From Archaeoglobus sp. JdFR-37 (lineage in GTDB: Archaea > Halobacteriota > Archaeoglobi > Archaeoglobales > Archaeoglobaceae): DNA of 47,133 bases. Both the position numbers and the translations under genes were made by a program. The notes below the pieces were generated by a model. It did no database searches and was not told the origin of the DNA. It worked only from the letters and a program-made list of their open reading frames with translations. Positions 36,860 through 46,915 of this stretch are shown here, piece after piece. Location of the stretch: NCBI GenBank assembly GCA_002010215.1, contig MTMY01000018.1, positions 1 to 47,133 of the forward strand, in the 5' to 3' direction. Position 1 is the stretch's first letter, and each line of letters begins with the position of its first letter.

Positions 36860-38893
36860 ATGAAGGCCGGGGTTTACGTTTGTCATTGTGGAAATAATAT
36901 TTCTGACACCGTAGACATTGGAGAGCTCATAGATTTTGCCAGAGGTCTTGAAGGGGTCAGTGTGGTCAGAGATCACCTTTTCATGTGTTCAGAAATGGCT
37001 TGGGAGATGATAAGGAGGGATATCGTCAACGGGCTGGTTGATAGGGTTGTAATTGCAGCATGCACGCCAAAGAATCACGAAAAATTTTTCAGATCTGCTC
37101 TGGAAGCAGCAGGATTGTCGAAATACATGCTTGAAATTGCAAACATAAGGGAGCAATGTAGCTGGCCTCATAAAAGTGAAAAGAAATATGCCACAGAAAA
37201 AGCCAAGTTACTGGTGAGGAGTGCAGTTTCTAAAGCTGCACTTCTCGAGCCCTTGGAGGATATTACCTTCAGTATTGAGAAGAGCGTTCTTGTGATAGGG
37301 GGAGGTATTGGGGGTATTACGGCTTCCTTAGATCTGGGGAATATGGGTTATAGGGTGTATCTTGTTGAAAAAGAACCCTCTGTAGGTGGGAAGCTAACCA
37401 AATTCGACAAGATATTTCCATTAAATGACTGTGCATCATGTGTGGTTTCACCGATGATGGCGGAAGTGGCAACTCATCCGCTGATTGAACTCATCACGTA
37501 TGCTGAAATTGAAGATGTAGAGGGCTCCTTCGGGAATTTCAGGGTAAGAGTGAGAAAAAAGCAGACGTATGTTGACTGGGATAAGTGCATCGGATGTGGA
37601 GCGTGTACAACTGTCTGTCCATCTAAAGCTAGGGTTCCAGATGAATTCAATGAGGGTTTAGGATGGCGAACTGCCATGTATATTCCTTCTCCTCATGCCG
37701 TTCCGAGGAAGGCTGTTCACGATCCAAATGTCTGCGTCAATTGTGGAAAAAAGACCTTCGGTACGAAGAGATTTCTGAGAAACGGAAAGGAATATCTGAC
37801 TCCATGTGAAAAAGCCTGCCCTACTGGAGCAATTAATAGATCGATTCGGTGGGACCCTGAGGGGGAAATTATCGAGCTGGATATCGGTGCCATAATTGTT
37901 GCTGTGGGGTACCAGGTGATGGATAAGGAAGTTTTTAAGGAATACGCACCGCATTCACCAAATGTCATCACTGCACTACAGTTTGAGAGAATTCTCTCGC
38001 CTACCGGTCCAACAGAAGGCAGGATTCTGAAGCCATCCGATATGCAGAAGCCAAATGCAATATCTTTCATCTCCTGTGTGGGTTCCAGAGATGCCAGATA
38101 CCACACCTACTGTTCGAAGGTCTGCTGTCTTTACATGCTGAAACAGGCTAGGCTTGTGAAAGAGAAAAACCCTGAAATTAACGTGTATATCCACATGATA
38201 GATGTCCGGGCTCCGGGAAAGGATCTGGAGGAGTACTATGTCCAAACAAGGCAGCTGGGCATCAACATTATCAGGGGTAAGGTTGGAGGAATAGAGGTTC
38301 TTCCTGATGGAAAGCTGAGGATTCTGGGTTTTGATGCTGATATTGGGACTCCAGTTGAGGTGGAAGTAGACCTTGTTGTGCTTGCAACGGCAATAGAGCT
38401 TCCCGAAGATGCAAGGAAGCTTGCAAGAAAGCTAGGCATAAATATTGACTCCTCTGGATTCCTAAAAGAAGACCATCCAAAATTAAGGACTGTTGAAAGC
38501 TCTCTGGATGGAATATTCATTGCAGGATGCTGCCAGGGTCCAAAGGATGTATCCGAGACGATTGCTCAGGCAAAAGCTGCGGCCACAGCAGTTGCAGCTT
38601 TAATGGCAGGAGATAAAGTCAGGGTTGAGCCATACATTGCTGAAGTTTCTAATGAGCTCTGCGGAGGTTGTGGTATCTGCATATCTCTCTGTCCTTATAA
38701 TGCTCTCGAAATGGCAGAGGGTTCTGATGAGACCGAAAAGAGAGTGGTTAAAAGAGATGTCAGAACTTGTAAGGGCTGTGGTATCTGCGTGTCATCCTGC
38801 CCATCTGGGGCCATCTCCCTCAGTGGCTATGACGATGACCAAATCTCTGCTCAAATAGGCGCTATGTTAGGTGTTATGGCGGTGAGAGTATGA
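36860..38893 (+). CDS. hdrA: Heterodisulfide reductase subunit A
   Basis: GVYVCHCG, ANIREQCSW, GGGIGG FAD site, CVGSRD..YCSKVCC, GCCQGPKD and ferredoxin motifs. Confidence 0.96.
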   Translation: MKAGVYVCHCGNNISDTVDIGELIDFARGLEGVSVVRDHLFMCSEMAWEMIRRDIVNGLVDRVVIAACTPKNHEKFFRSALEAAGLSKYMLEIANIREQCSWPHKSEKKYATEKAKLLVRSAVSKAALLEPLEDITFSIEKSVLVIGGGIGGITASLDLGNMGYRVYLVEKEPSVGGKLTKFDKIFPLNDCASCVVSPMMAEVATHPLIELITYAEIEDVEGSFGNFRVRVRKKQTYVDWDKCIGCGACTTVCPSKARVPDEFNEGLGWRTAMYIPSPHAVPRKAVHDPNVCVNCGKKTFGTKRFLRNGKEYLTPCEKACPTGAINRSIRWDPEGEIIELDIGAIIVAVGYQVMDKEVFKEYAPHSPNVITALQFERILSPTGPTEGRILKPSDMQKPNAISFISCVGSRDARYHTYCSKVCCLYMLKQARLVKEKNPEINVYIHMIDVRAPGKDLEEYYVQTRQLGINIIRGKVGGIEVLPDGKLRILGFDADIGTPVEVEVDLVVLATAIELPEDARKLARKLGINIDSSGFLKEDHPKLRTVESSLDGIFIAGCCQGPKDVSETIAQAKAAATAVAALMAGDKVRVEPYIAEVSNELCGGCGICISLCPYNALEMAEGSDETEKRVVKRDVRTCKGCGICVSSCPSGAISLSGYDDDQISAQIGAMLGVMAVRV

Positions 38894-39444
38894 AATACGT
38901 GGTGAAATTAGGAAAGTTTAAGGAGTTCAAGGAGCTTAAGGAAGAGTTTAAAGATGAACCCGTAAAAGAAGTTGTAAAATTTGGTGGAGAAGGTGTAAAA
39001 AAGTGTATTCAATGTGGCTCCTGCATGAGTGTCTGTCCGGTGGCGATTACCGGATTTGATTATCCCAACAAGAAACTCTTCAAATTGATAATGTTGGGTG
39101 TGAGGGAGGAAGTGCTGCAAGACCCTTCTCCTTGGATTTGCGTGGCATGCGGAAGATGCATTGAGGTGTGCTCACAGGATGTGAACCCCCTCTCTGTCTA
39201 TTTCGCCTTCAGAAGGATTCAAGCCAGAGAATTTTCAATCCCATCCGTTGCAGAAGAGGCATTGAGACTGCTTTATGAAACGGGGCATGTAATTCCCCTA
39301 ACTGGAGTGGAGAAGTTGAGGAAGGAGCTTGGCCTTTCAGAACTTCCAAAATCTGCCCTATCATCTCCAGAGGATCTTAAGGAGATACGAACAATTCTCA
39401 GGAACACAGATATTGCCGAACTCGGAATACTACCCCTCTTCTGA
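38890..39444 (+). CDS. hdrC: Heterodisulfide reductase subunit C
   Basis: CIQCGSCMSVCP and WICVACGRCIEVC. Confidence 0.92.
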   Translation: MKYVVKLGKFKEFKELKEEFKDEPVKEVVKFGGEGVKKCIQCGSCMSVCPVAITGFDYPNKKLFKLIMLGVREEVLQDPSPWICVACGRCIEVCSQDVNPLSVYFAFRRIQAREFSIPSVAEEALRLLYETGHVIPLTGVEKLRKELGLSELPKSALSSPEDLKEIRTILRNTDIAELGILPLF

Positions 39445-39453
39445 GGTGTAGCT

Positions 39454-40353
39454 ATGAAATTTGGGCTGTACCTGGGTTGCCAGATTCCCTTCATCAGACC
39501 TGATCTGGAGGTTTCCATAAGAAAAACCCTCCCACTCCTCGGGGTAAAGATAATTGACCTTGAAGGATACTCCTGCTGCCCCACTTGGGTTTCTGCCCCC
39601 TCCTTCGATGAGGATGCCTGGCTGGCGATTTCTGCTAGGAATATCTCCATAGCTGAGGAAAATGGTGTAGATATTGTTACAGGCTGCAATAATTGTTACA
39701 GCGTTTTGAGCCATGCGAGATACCTTCTGAAGGATGAAGAGAGACGGGAGAAGGTCAACAGAATTCTCGGCAAAGTTGGAAGGTTTTACCGAGGAAAATC
39801 AAAGATTTACCACATCACTCATGTCCTATCCGATTTTGTTGGAAAAAAGAAGCTGAAGGAGAACCTCGAGTATTCTCTTGACGGAATGGTCGTTGCTGTT
39901 CAGCCAGGCTGTCACATGCTATGGCCGACAAGAATTATGGATGTGCAGGAGGAGAATCCATTTTATCCCCAAAAACTGAAAAATTTGGTTGAGTTATTGG
40001 GAGCCAAGTCGCCGTATTACAGTAGAATAGAATACTGTTGCGGAGCAGGACCATCCATCAGAGCAATTGACTACGAAAAATCCGCTTATTTCGTCTTAAC
40101 AAAGCTGATGTCTATAAAAGAGGAAGTCGATCCTGATTTTATTGTCACTGGATGCTCCACCTGTTACATTCAGCTTGACGAAACTCAACAAAAGCTCAGA
40201 AAAGAGGGTAAGGTTGGTTTTCAAATTCCGGTTTTTTACTACACCCAGATACTGGCGATTTGTATGGGTATAGAGCCTGATAGTGTGGTAAGAATCGGTT
40301 CAATTCCAAAAGAGGACATCATAGGGAGAATACTGGAGAGTGGGAGAAGATGA
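39454..40353 (+). CDS. hdrB: Heterodisulfide reductase subunit B
   Basis: YLGC, SCCP, GCNNC, PGCH, YCCGAG and GCSTC (two CCG domains). Confidence 0.94.
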   Translation: MKFGLYLGCQIPFIRPDLEVSIRKTLPLLGVKIIDLEGYSCCPTWVSAPSFDEDAWLAISARNISIAEENGVDIVTGCNNCYSVLSHARYLLKDEERREKVNRILGKVGRFYRGKSKIYHITHVLSDFVGKKKLKENLEYSLDGMVVAVQPGCHMLWPTRIMDVQEENPFYPQKLKNLVELLGAKSPYYSRIEYCCGAGPSIRAIDYEKSAYFVLTKLMSIKEEVDPDFIVTGCSTCYIQLDETQQKLRKEGKVGFQIPVFYYTQILAICMGIEPDSVVRIGSIPKEDIIGRILESGRR

Positions 40354-40775
40354 GTGATGAATTCAGACCCAATATCATAGGCTTTGCGTGTCAGTGGTGT
40401 GCTTATCAGAGTGCAGATCTGGCAGGCACTCTTAAGTACGAATATCCCTCGACTATCAAACTCATACGGGTGCCGTGCTCTGGCAGGGTTGATTCAGCCT
40501 TCGTACTTGAAGCTCTTGCACTTGGAGTAGATGGCGTTTTTGTTGCCGGATGTCCGGAGGCCGAATGCCACTATAGATTTGGAAACAGGATTGCCAAAAT
40601 CAGAACTGCCATGCTGAGAAACATTCTTCCAGAGTTCGGCATTGAATCAGCCAGACTCAGATTTGAGCACGTATCCAGCTCTGATGCTGTAAAATTCGTT
40701 GAATTTGCAAAGGAGTTTGATAAGCAGATACGAAAGCTCGGTCCAACTCCGTTGAGAGGGGATAAACATGAATAG
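40350..40775 (+). CDS. mvhD: F420-non-reducing hydrogenase [2Fe-2S] subunit D
   Basis: FACQWCAY..ADLAG, IRVPCSGRVD and GC...ECHY. Confidence 0.95.
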   Translation: MSDEFRPNIIGFACQWCAYQSADLAGTLKYEYPSTIKLIRVPCSGRVDSAFVLEALALGVDGVFVAGCPEAECHYRFGNRIAKIRTAMLRNILPEFGIESARLRFEHVSSSDAVKFVEFAKEFDKQIRKLGPTPLRGDKHE

Positions 40776-41748
40776 AATAGCATTCTACCTTGCTTCAGGT
40801 TGTTCAGGCTGTGAGATGTCATTTCTGGATTTATCTGAGAGATTGCTGGATGTGATGGATGGGCTAGAGGTCGTATGGGCTGCTCCACTCTTGATGGATT
40901 CCAAATACCATGATCTTGCAGAGCTGGAAGATAGATATATTGATGTTGCCTTTATAGAAGGAGGCATAAAACTTGACGAGCAGGAGGAAATAGTGAGGCT
41001 TTTAAGAAAAAAGAGTAAAGTACTGGTTGCGTTTGGCGTATGTGCTACCTCAGGAGGCATCCCTGGACTTTCAAATTTCCACTCCAGAGAAGAAGTGTTT
41101 GAAACAGTATACCGGAAGAGTGTGACAGTAGACAATCCTGATGGAGTCTATCCACAAACAACAACTCTTCTGAACGGAAAATACGAGCTTACTCTCCCTA
41201 CTTTTTATGAAAGGGTTGTGCCGATTGATAGAATCGTTGAAGTGGATTACTACGTTGGGGGCTGCCCTCCTCACTACGATCACGTGGCGAAGGTGCTTGA
41301 GGTTCTGAAAAAAGAACCTCCGGAGAAGGGTTCATGGATCACCTCTGGCAGAGCAGTATGTGATGTCTGTCCCAGAAATCCGGTTCCGAAGGGTGAAAAG
41401 ATAAAAATGATGGATTCGGTAAAGAGGGTGTTGGAAATACCTTCTGATGATTCGTGTCTTCTGGAACAGGGATTTCTCTGCTTTGGGCCGGCATCCCAGG
41501 GTGATTGTAGGGCGGCATGTATAAATGTTAACATGTCCTGCAGGGGCTGTGGTGGGCCAATGCCAAGTGCAGGAGATTATGGGGCGAAAGTTATCGATTT
41601 TATCTCGTCCCTGATCGAGAAGGATGGAGTTGTAGATGAGATTTCCAGAGCATATCCCAGCCTTGCTAGGCTGATCTACGCTTACACGCTTCCATCTGCA
41701 CTCATTCCCGGTAGGGTGAGGAAATATCACGTAAGAGAGGTAGATTGA
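40768..41748 (+). CDS. mvhG: F420-non-reducing hydrogenase small subunit
   Basis: GCSGC, FGVCATSGGIPG, GGCPP, VCDVC, CLL..G..C.GP and CRGC. Confidence 0.94.
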   Translation: MNRIAFYLASGCSGCEMSFLDLSERLLDVMDGLEVVWAAPLLMDSKYHDLAELEDRYIDVAFIEGGIKLDEQEEIVRLLRKKSKVLVAFGVCATSGGIPGLSNFHSREEVFETVYRKSVTVDNPDGVYPQTTTLLNGKYELTLPTFYERVVPIDRIVEVDYYVGGCPPHYDHVAKVLEVLKKEPPEKGSWITSGRAVCDVCPRNPVPKGEKIKMMDSVKRVLEIPSDDSCLLEQGFLCFGPASQGDCRAACINVNMSCRGCGGPMPSAGDYGAKVIDFISSLIEKDGVVDEISRAYPSLARLIYAYTLPSALIPGRVRKYHVREVD

Positions 41749-43214
41749 TGAAGAGAGTTGAGATATATCCGGCTTCTAGGATTGAGGGACACGCCAAAAT
41801 AGCCATATTCCTGAATGACGAGGGAGAAGTTGAAAATGCTTTTTTCCAAGCCACTGAGCTGAGGGGATACGAGAAGTTTCTTGTCAGTATGCCTATCGAG
41901 GAGGTTCCGAGAGTTGTATCCACAATCTGCGGTATATGCAGAGCCATCCATTTTGTTGCAGCTTTAAAGGCCTCTGATGCAATATATGGAGTTGAACCTC
42001 CAGATACGGCGGTAAAGATCAGGGAAATGCTGATGCACTCTCATTTTGTCGAAGATCACACGATAACGCTGTATGCACTCGGTCTTCCAGATTTTATTTC
42101 AGCAGAGAGCCCAGAGGAGAGGAATATCTTCGGCCTTTTCAAAGTGCTTGGAAAAGAGGTTGGGAGAGATATACTCAAAAAGAGGGGTTATGCGGTAAAG
42201 ATACTTGAGATTCTGGGTGGAAAACACATTCATCCTGTTTCTGGAATTCCTGGAGGATGGTCTAAGAGAATTGATGAAGAAGAGAGGGTGAAAATCGAAA
42301 AGTACTCCAAGGAGATTCTGGAATTGGGTATGAGGACTGTGGATATCGTGGAGAACTTAATCATTGATCGTCTGGGGGCCTTGGATGAATCAGATGGGGA
42401 AGCCTTTGAGCTAGAGCTGAACTATATTGGGACAGTGGACAGAAGAAGGGAGATGAACTTGTATAACGGGTACCAGAGAATTGTAGATCCATCAGGCAAA
42501 GAGATCGGGAGGTTTGAAGGGGAAGAGTATAAGGAAATTATTGCAGAAAGGGTCGTTCCGTGGAGCTACAGCAAGATACCGTATCTCAGGAATGCTGGAT
42601 GGAAGGGTTTTGTGGAAGGTTCAGAGACAAGTCTGTACATGGTTGGGCCTGTTGCTAGGTTTAATGTGGCAGAAAGGCTATCAACTCCTCTTGCTCAGGA
42701 AGCAATGGAAAGGATGCTTGAATTTGCCGAGGAAAGGCCAGTTCGAAACATCATCCTTAACCACTGGGCCAGAGCCATTGAATTGCTTTATGCAGCTGAA
42801 AAGCTGTATGATCTATCTCAGGATGAGGAAATCACTGATTCGAGCATCAGCTCTGAAATTTCAGACGTTACCGGAGAGGGAATTGGGATTGTCGAAGCTC
42901 CCAGAGGACTTCTCATCCATCATTATATTACAGACAGCAGAGGGATTGTGAGAAATGCTAACCTTATTGTGGCTACTACTCACAACATGGGGGCCATCAA
43001 TATTGCAATCAAAAAGGTTGCAAGCAAGTTCATCCAGAATGGGAAACGTGAAGATGGGATTGGAGACGAGGTTCTCAATCAGATTGAAATGACTTTCAGA
43101 GCCTTTGATCCGTGTATAGCATGTGCTACACACTCTATAAATGGTAAACTTCCGCTGGAAGTTGAAATTTACGATTCAGAGAGGAATATTATCAGAAAAC
43201 TCAGTAATTTTTAG
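41745..43214 (+). CDS. mvhA: F420-non-reducing hydrogenase large subunit (group 3c, all-Cys)
   Basis: RIEGHAKI, ICGIC and RAFDPCIACATH followed by a C-terminal extension. Confidence 0.95.
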   Translation: MMKRVEIYPASRIEGHAKIAIFLNDEGEVENAFFQATELRGYEKFLVSMPIEEVPRVVSTICGICRAIHFVAALKASDAIYGVEPPDTAVKIREMLMHSHFVEDHTITLYALGLPDFISAESPEERNIFGLFKVLGKEVGRDILKKRGYAVKILEILGGKHIHPVSGIPGGWSKRIDEEERVKIEKYSKEILELGMRTVDIVENLIIDRLGALDESDGEAFELELNYIGTVDRRREMNLYNGYQRIVDPSGKEIGRFEGEEYKEIIAERVVPWSYSKIPYLRNAGWKGFVEGSETSLYMVGPVARFNVAERLSTPLAQEAMERMLEFAEERPVRNIILNHWARAIELLYAAEKLYDLSQDEEITDSSISSEISDVTGEGIGIVEAPRGLLIHHYITDSRGIVRNANLIVATTHNMGAINIAIKKVASKFIQNGKREDGIGDEVLNQIEMTFRAFDPCIACATHSINGKLPLEVEIYDSERNIIRKLSNF

Positions 43215-43224
43215 AGATCAGAAC

Positions 43225-43701
43225 ATGAGGGCGATTGTGGTTGGCATAGGAAATCCACATTTCGGCAACGACTCAGCCGGAATAAGGGTTGCAAAAATGG
43301 TGGAGATGGCGAAGAAGGATGTGGCAGAGAAAGCTCTTAATGTTGACATCATTTACCTTTCTACTACCTCTTTCGAAGTTATTGATAAAATTGCGGGTTA
43401 CGATAGGGCGTTCATAATTGACACCTTAAAGGGTGAAAAAAACGGGAGAATTCATGTGTTGAGAATTGATGACTTGGGTTCAGCATATCTAGATTCGACG
43501 CATCTGTATGGCTCTCATGGACTTGATCTTGCGGCAACGTTAAAAATTGGCTACCAGCTCTTTCCAGATGAAATGCCAGATATTGAGATAATTGCAATCG
43601 AAATAGTTGATGCAGAGCTTGGCGAAGAGTGCTCCAAGGAAGTGTACGATGCTGTGAAAAAGGCATCCCGATTACTCCTGCAGAAGCTTCTGGAGGAATA
43701 G
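43225..43701 (+). CDS. Hydrogenase maturation protease
   Basis: VGIGNPHFGNDSAG, IIDT and GSHG. Start set at ATG 43225. Confidence 0.88.
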   Translation: MRAIVVGIGNPHFGNDSAGIRVAKMVEMAKKDVAEKALNVDIIYLSTTSFEVIDKIAGYDRAFIIDTLKGEKNGRIHVLRIDDLGSAYLDSTHLYGSHGLDLAATLKIGYQLFPDEMPDIEIIAIEIVDAELGEECSKEVYDAVKKASRLLLQKLLEE

Positions 43702-43770
43702 GACTTCTATGTGACATTACAAAACTAGAGAAAAAGTTAATGTTAAATATTCTACTGAAGTGACGATGGC

Positions 43771-44496
43771 ATGGGACTTGAAGTTACAAGAAGGTATTTT
43801 GAAAGTGAAGACGGTCTTAAGGTTCCCGCTTACGTCGTCAAGGGAGATGGGAAGGCTGTCGTCATAGTTCACGGTTATGCATCCTCTAAAGAGGAGATGC
43901 TGGGTCTGGCTTTTCGGATTGCTGAAAGAGGCTTTTATTCTGTCGCAATTGACCTCAGAGGTCACGGTGAAAATGAAAATCCATTCGATGAGAATGCACT
44001 TGCGGATGTTGATGGAGTGATAACTACACTTTCAGGGGAGTTTGGGCAGGTATACGCCATTGGATTCAGTCTCGGTGGTCTGCTGGCTCTTGCATCCAAA
44101 GCCAGCTATGTTGTAGCTGTATCTCCACCCCTCATGCAGAATGTAGTTCCTGAAGCAAAGTTTATGCTTCGTCTCAATTCCTGCAGGGTTAAGGAGAAGG
44201 ACAAAGAAGCACTTTTCAGGATACTTGAGAAGTTGAACCCGGTAAGGCGAAGAAACTCAGCTTTCCTACTTTACGGAAAGGGGGAATCAAGAGGTATAGC
44301 TGCAATGATCGAGAAGTGGAGCAACGAGAATGATGGCGTTTATGCTGTAATCAGCTCAAATCAGGCAATGCTGCCTGAAGTTGAAGTTGAGCCAGACAAG
44401 CTTCGCGATTACCTGCCCCACTTCATCAGTCATCTTGCCACGCCCCACAGTAGGGAGAGTGAGGAGGTAATTCTGAGAGAACTGGAAAGGCTTTGA
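43771..44496 (+). CDS. Alpha/beta hydrolase
   Basis: VHGY, DLRGHG and GFSLGG. Confidence 0.85.
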   Translation: MGLEVTRRYFESEDGLKVPAYVVKGDGKAVVIVHGYASSKEEMLGLAFRIAERGFYSVAIDLRGHGENENPFDENALADVDGVITTLSGEFGQVYAIGFSLGGLLALASKASYVVAVSPPLMQNVVPEAKFMLRLNSCRVKEKDKEALFRILEKLNPVRRRNSAFLLYGKGESRGIAAMIEKWSNENDGVYAVISSNQAMLPEVEVEPDKLRDYLPHFISHLATPHSRESEEVILRELERL

Positions 44497-44534
44497 AATG
44501 GGATTTGTTAAGTATTTGTTAAGTTTTGGAATAT

Positions 44535-45593
44535 TTAGCATTCTTGTCCACTTTCTTGCTCCCCAAAAACTCCAATGAGTGCTATTAGTGCTGCAGGAAT
44601 TGCATGCTCGGTGGCGAAGGTGATGTGGGGACTCAAGTCGATAACGTAATCAGCAAATCTGAAAATACCTTTCGGTATTCCTGTTCTGCTCCCGATGAAC
44701 ACAACAACTTCCTTTGCAAGTCTCAAATCCTTTCCGAGTTCATCCTTGATGTCTGAGACCTGTTTTCCCGTTGGATCTGTGACTATCAGGATGTTGCCTT
44801 TTCTCTTCTTATCTCTGACCGTCTGGTAGAGATCTTGGAGTAAGACATTTACAGCATTCACTTCTCTGTCATAGCTCTTTTTTTGGATCTCCAGTCTGCT
44901 GAATAACCCCCTTTTGACGCCCTTTATGAATTCTGATAGCTGATAGGCATCAACATAACCAAACGGGGATATGACCAGCTCCTTAATTTCGAAAGACTGG
45001 GCAGCTCTTCCTATCCTCTCACCCATCTCTTTAGCAGCAGTGTAGTCTTCAAGATAGGGGATCTGAACGATGCTGACCTTTTTAAAAAGCTTTCTTGAGT
45101 CAATTTTATCTGGAGTGTATTTTTTCCTTTCTTCCTTTCCGTCCAGCACCCCAATGTAGGCTGTATCATCTATTATCTCAACATAAACTGCCTTTTCCGG
45201 AAAATCCAGGGCCACATCAGCTCCACTCAACTCCTTTATCCTTGCACCTAGCCTGATGTTTACGTCCACGCTGGTGAATTGATGTTTTCTGCCTCTTCTT
45301 GTGGTTCTGATAGCAAAACTGCTGAAAGAACCCATGGCCTTCACGATCTCTTCAGCTCTCGATGTTATCTCACCAAGGTCAGCTTTGCAGACGGTTATGA
45401 CCGGTATGGCTCTCTCTATCTCTGGTACTTCCTTCACCCTTTCAATCTCGTCACTGTGGATTATTATCAGGCCGAGGTAGCCGGAGGGCCGTACCTCTAT
45501 TTTTATATCATCCACACCTTTATCACCAAGAACATCCTTAACGTGAGAAGCTGCCACGTATTCTAGCCCTCTCTGGGTTTTGGCGATAATCAT
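44535..45593 (-). CDS. THUMP-SPOUT fusion RNA methyltransferase
   Basis: THUMP part (KTQRGLE; FAIRTTRRG..FTSVDVN..LG; VYVEII) plus SPOUT knot (VTDPTG; FIGSRTGIP; DLSPHITFATEH). Confidence 0.88.
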   Translation of the reverse strand: MIIAKTQRGLEYVAASHVKDVLGDKGVDDIKIEVRPSGYLGLIIIHSDEIERVKEVPEIERAIPVITVCKADLGEITSRAEEIVKAMGSFSSFAIRTTRRGRKHQFTSVDVNIRLGARIKELSGADVALDFPEKAVYVEIIDDTAYIGVLDGKEERKKYTPDKIDSRKLFKKVSIVQIPYLEDYTAAKEMGERIGRAAQSFEIKELVISPFGYVDAYQLSEFIKGVKRGLFSRLEIQKKSYDREVNAVNVLLQDLYQTVRDKKRKGNILIVTDPTGKQVSDIKDELGKDLRLAKEVVVFIGSRTGIPKGIFRFADYVIDLSPHITFATEHAIPAALIALIGVFGEQESGQEC

Positions 45594-45673
45594 CAAGAAA
45601 ATATGTTCAAAATGGAGAAAAACCATTCGGTAGGATTTGGGTAAGATCATTCTTGGGTAGAATTATTCAAAGA

Positions 45674-46801
45674 TTATTCAGCCAACTTTATAGATGCTAT
45701 GCCGCTAAGGGCAAAGATGGCTGCAAATGTAAAGAAGACAGGGGCAAAACCAGCTACATCAATCAGAAATCCTGACAAAACGCCCGATATCACACTTCCA
45801 ACGTTGCCAGAAAATACGAGAAAGCCAGAAACGGATGCAGTGTTCTCTTCTCCAGCTATCTTTGTGGCCAGCCAATATGTTGCACCAACGCCAAACCTGA
45901 AGAAGGTTGAAGCGATGAAGAGGATTAAGATTGCCTGAAATAGGTTATGAGAAAAGGGCAAGGCTGCGAAGGATGCTGCAGCAAGCAGCTGGTTCCATGT
46001 TATAGTCTTTTTCGCCCCAAACCTTTCGGCAAAGATACCGCCAATAACTGCACCGATTACGCCGGACAAAGGGAAGATTGATGCATAGCCGGCTGCTTTA
46101 AGGGAGGAGACATCGAAGGTAGTGAGGTAGAGGGCAGCCCAGGTAAAGGTCCCAATCATGGCAAAGAAGACGGCAAACTGGGTAAAAGACAGTATAATAA
46201 TCCTCGAATCTTTTATGAAAGCAAAACTCCCACCTCCACCCTCCTCAGGAGCTTTAAGTGCAAGGACTATGGCTAACAAAAGCATTATAGCTGCTGGGAC
46301 ATAAAATGACAGTTCTATGTCATATTCTGCCAGAGTTTTTGCTAGAATGAAGGCTAGGGAGGTGCCTATGGGAACAGAAGAACCCAGCAGAGCTATAGCT
46401 TTGCCCCCTCCCTTTGAACTAATCTTCACCAGTGGACCCCAGCCAGTACTCTGCCCAATGCCGTTAATGAACATGCCTAAAACGATGGCTGGGAAAATCC
46501 ATGTTGTTACAACGAGATTCCCGACGGCGATAAGGAGCGCCCCAGTTGTTAGAACAATCTTAACACCAAATCTGTCTCCGAGAAAGCCTGAAGGCATCTG
46601 AAACAGCGTGTAAGCTAGGAAAAGTGATGAGGTAGCAATACCCATATGGGTGGCTGTAAATCCGTATTTCTCAATTATAGCAGGTATGAGGGCAGGGAGG
46701 TTCATTCTACCGAGATAGAAAAGAACATACACTGTCCAGGGTATGGCGATGTACTTAATGCTCCTCGCATTATTCCGCATAATTCTCACTGCCCTCGTCA
46801 C
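45674..46801 (-). CDS. MFS transporter (start 46801 or 46780)
   Basis: YLGRMNL, GFLGDRFG and GIFAERFG motif A copies, about 12 TM helices. Confidence 0.9.
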   Translation of the reverse strand: MTRAVRIMRNNARSIKYIAIPWTVYVLFYLGRMNLPALIPAIIEKYGFTATHMGIATSSLFLAYTLFQMPSGFLGDRFGVKIVLTTGALLIAVGNLVVTTWIFPAIVLGMFINGIGQSTGWGPLVKISSKGGGKAIALLGSSVPIGTSLAFILAKTLAEYDIELSFYVPAAIMLLLAIVLALKAPEEGGGGSFAFIKDSRIIILSFTQFAVFFAMIGTFTWAALYLTTFDVSSLKAAGYASIFPLSGVIGAVIGGIFAERFGAKKTITWNQLLAAASFAALPFSHNLFQAILILFIASTFFRFGVGATYWLATKIAGEENTASVSGFLVFSGNVGSVISGVLSGFLIDVAGFAPVFFTFAAIFALSGIASIKLAE

Positions 46802-46915
46802 CTTTACGGAATTTTGCTAAACTATGTACTTTTTAAAAGTATAGCGGATTGCTGATTTGTTTTAATTTTGATTAGAATTTGCTGATGATGCTAATGCTGA
46901 AATTAGCCTTTGCGA

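Noticed and set aside
36860..43214. Selenocysteine recoding in hdrA, mvhD or mvhA
   Set aside because: All metal-ligand positions are Cys codons and the ORFs are uninterrupted.
46880..46900. C/D-box sRNA (CTGATGA...CTGA)
   Set aside because: Only 8 nt separate the boxes, and no convincing second C'/D pair or terminal stem is present.
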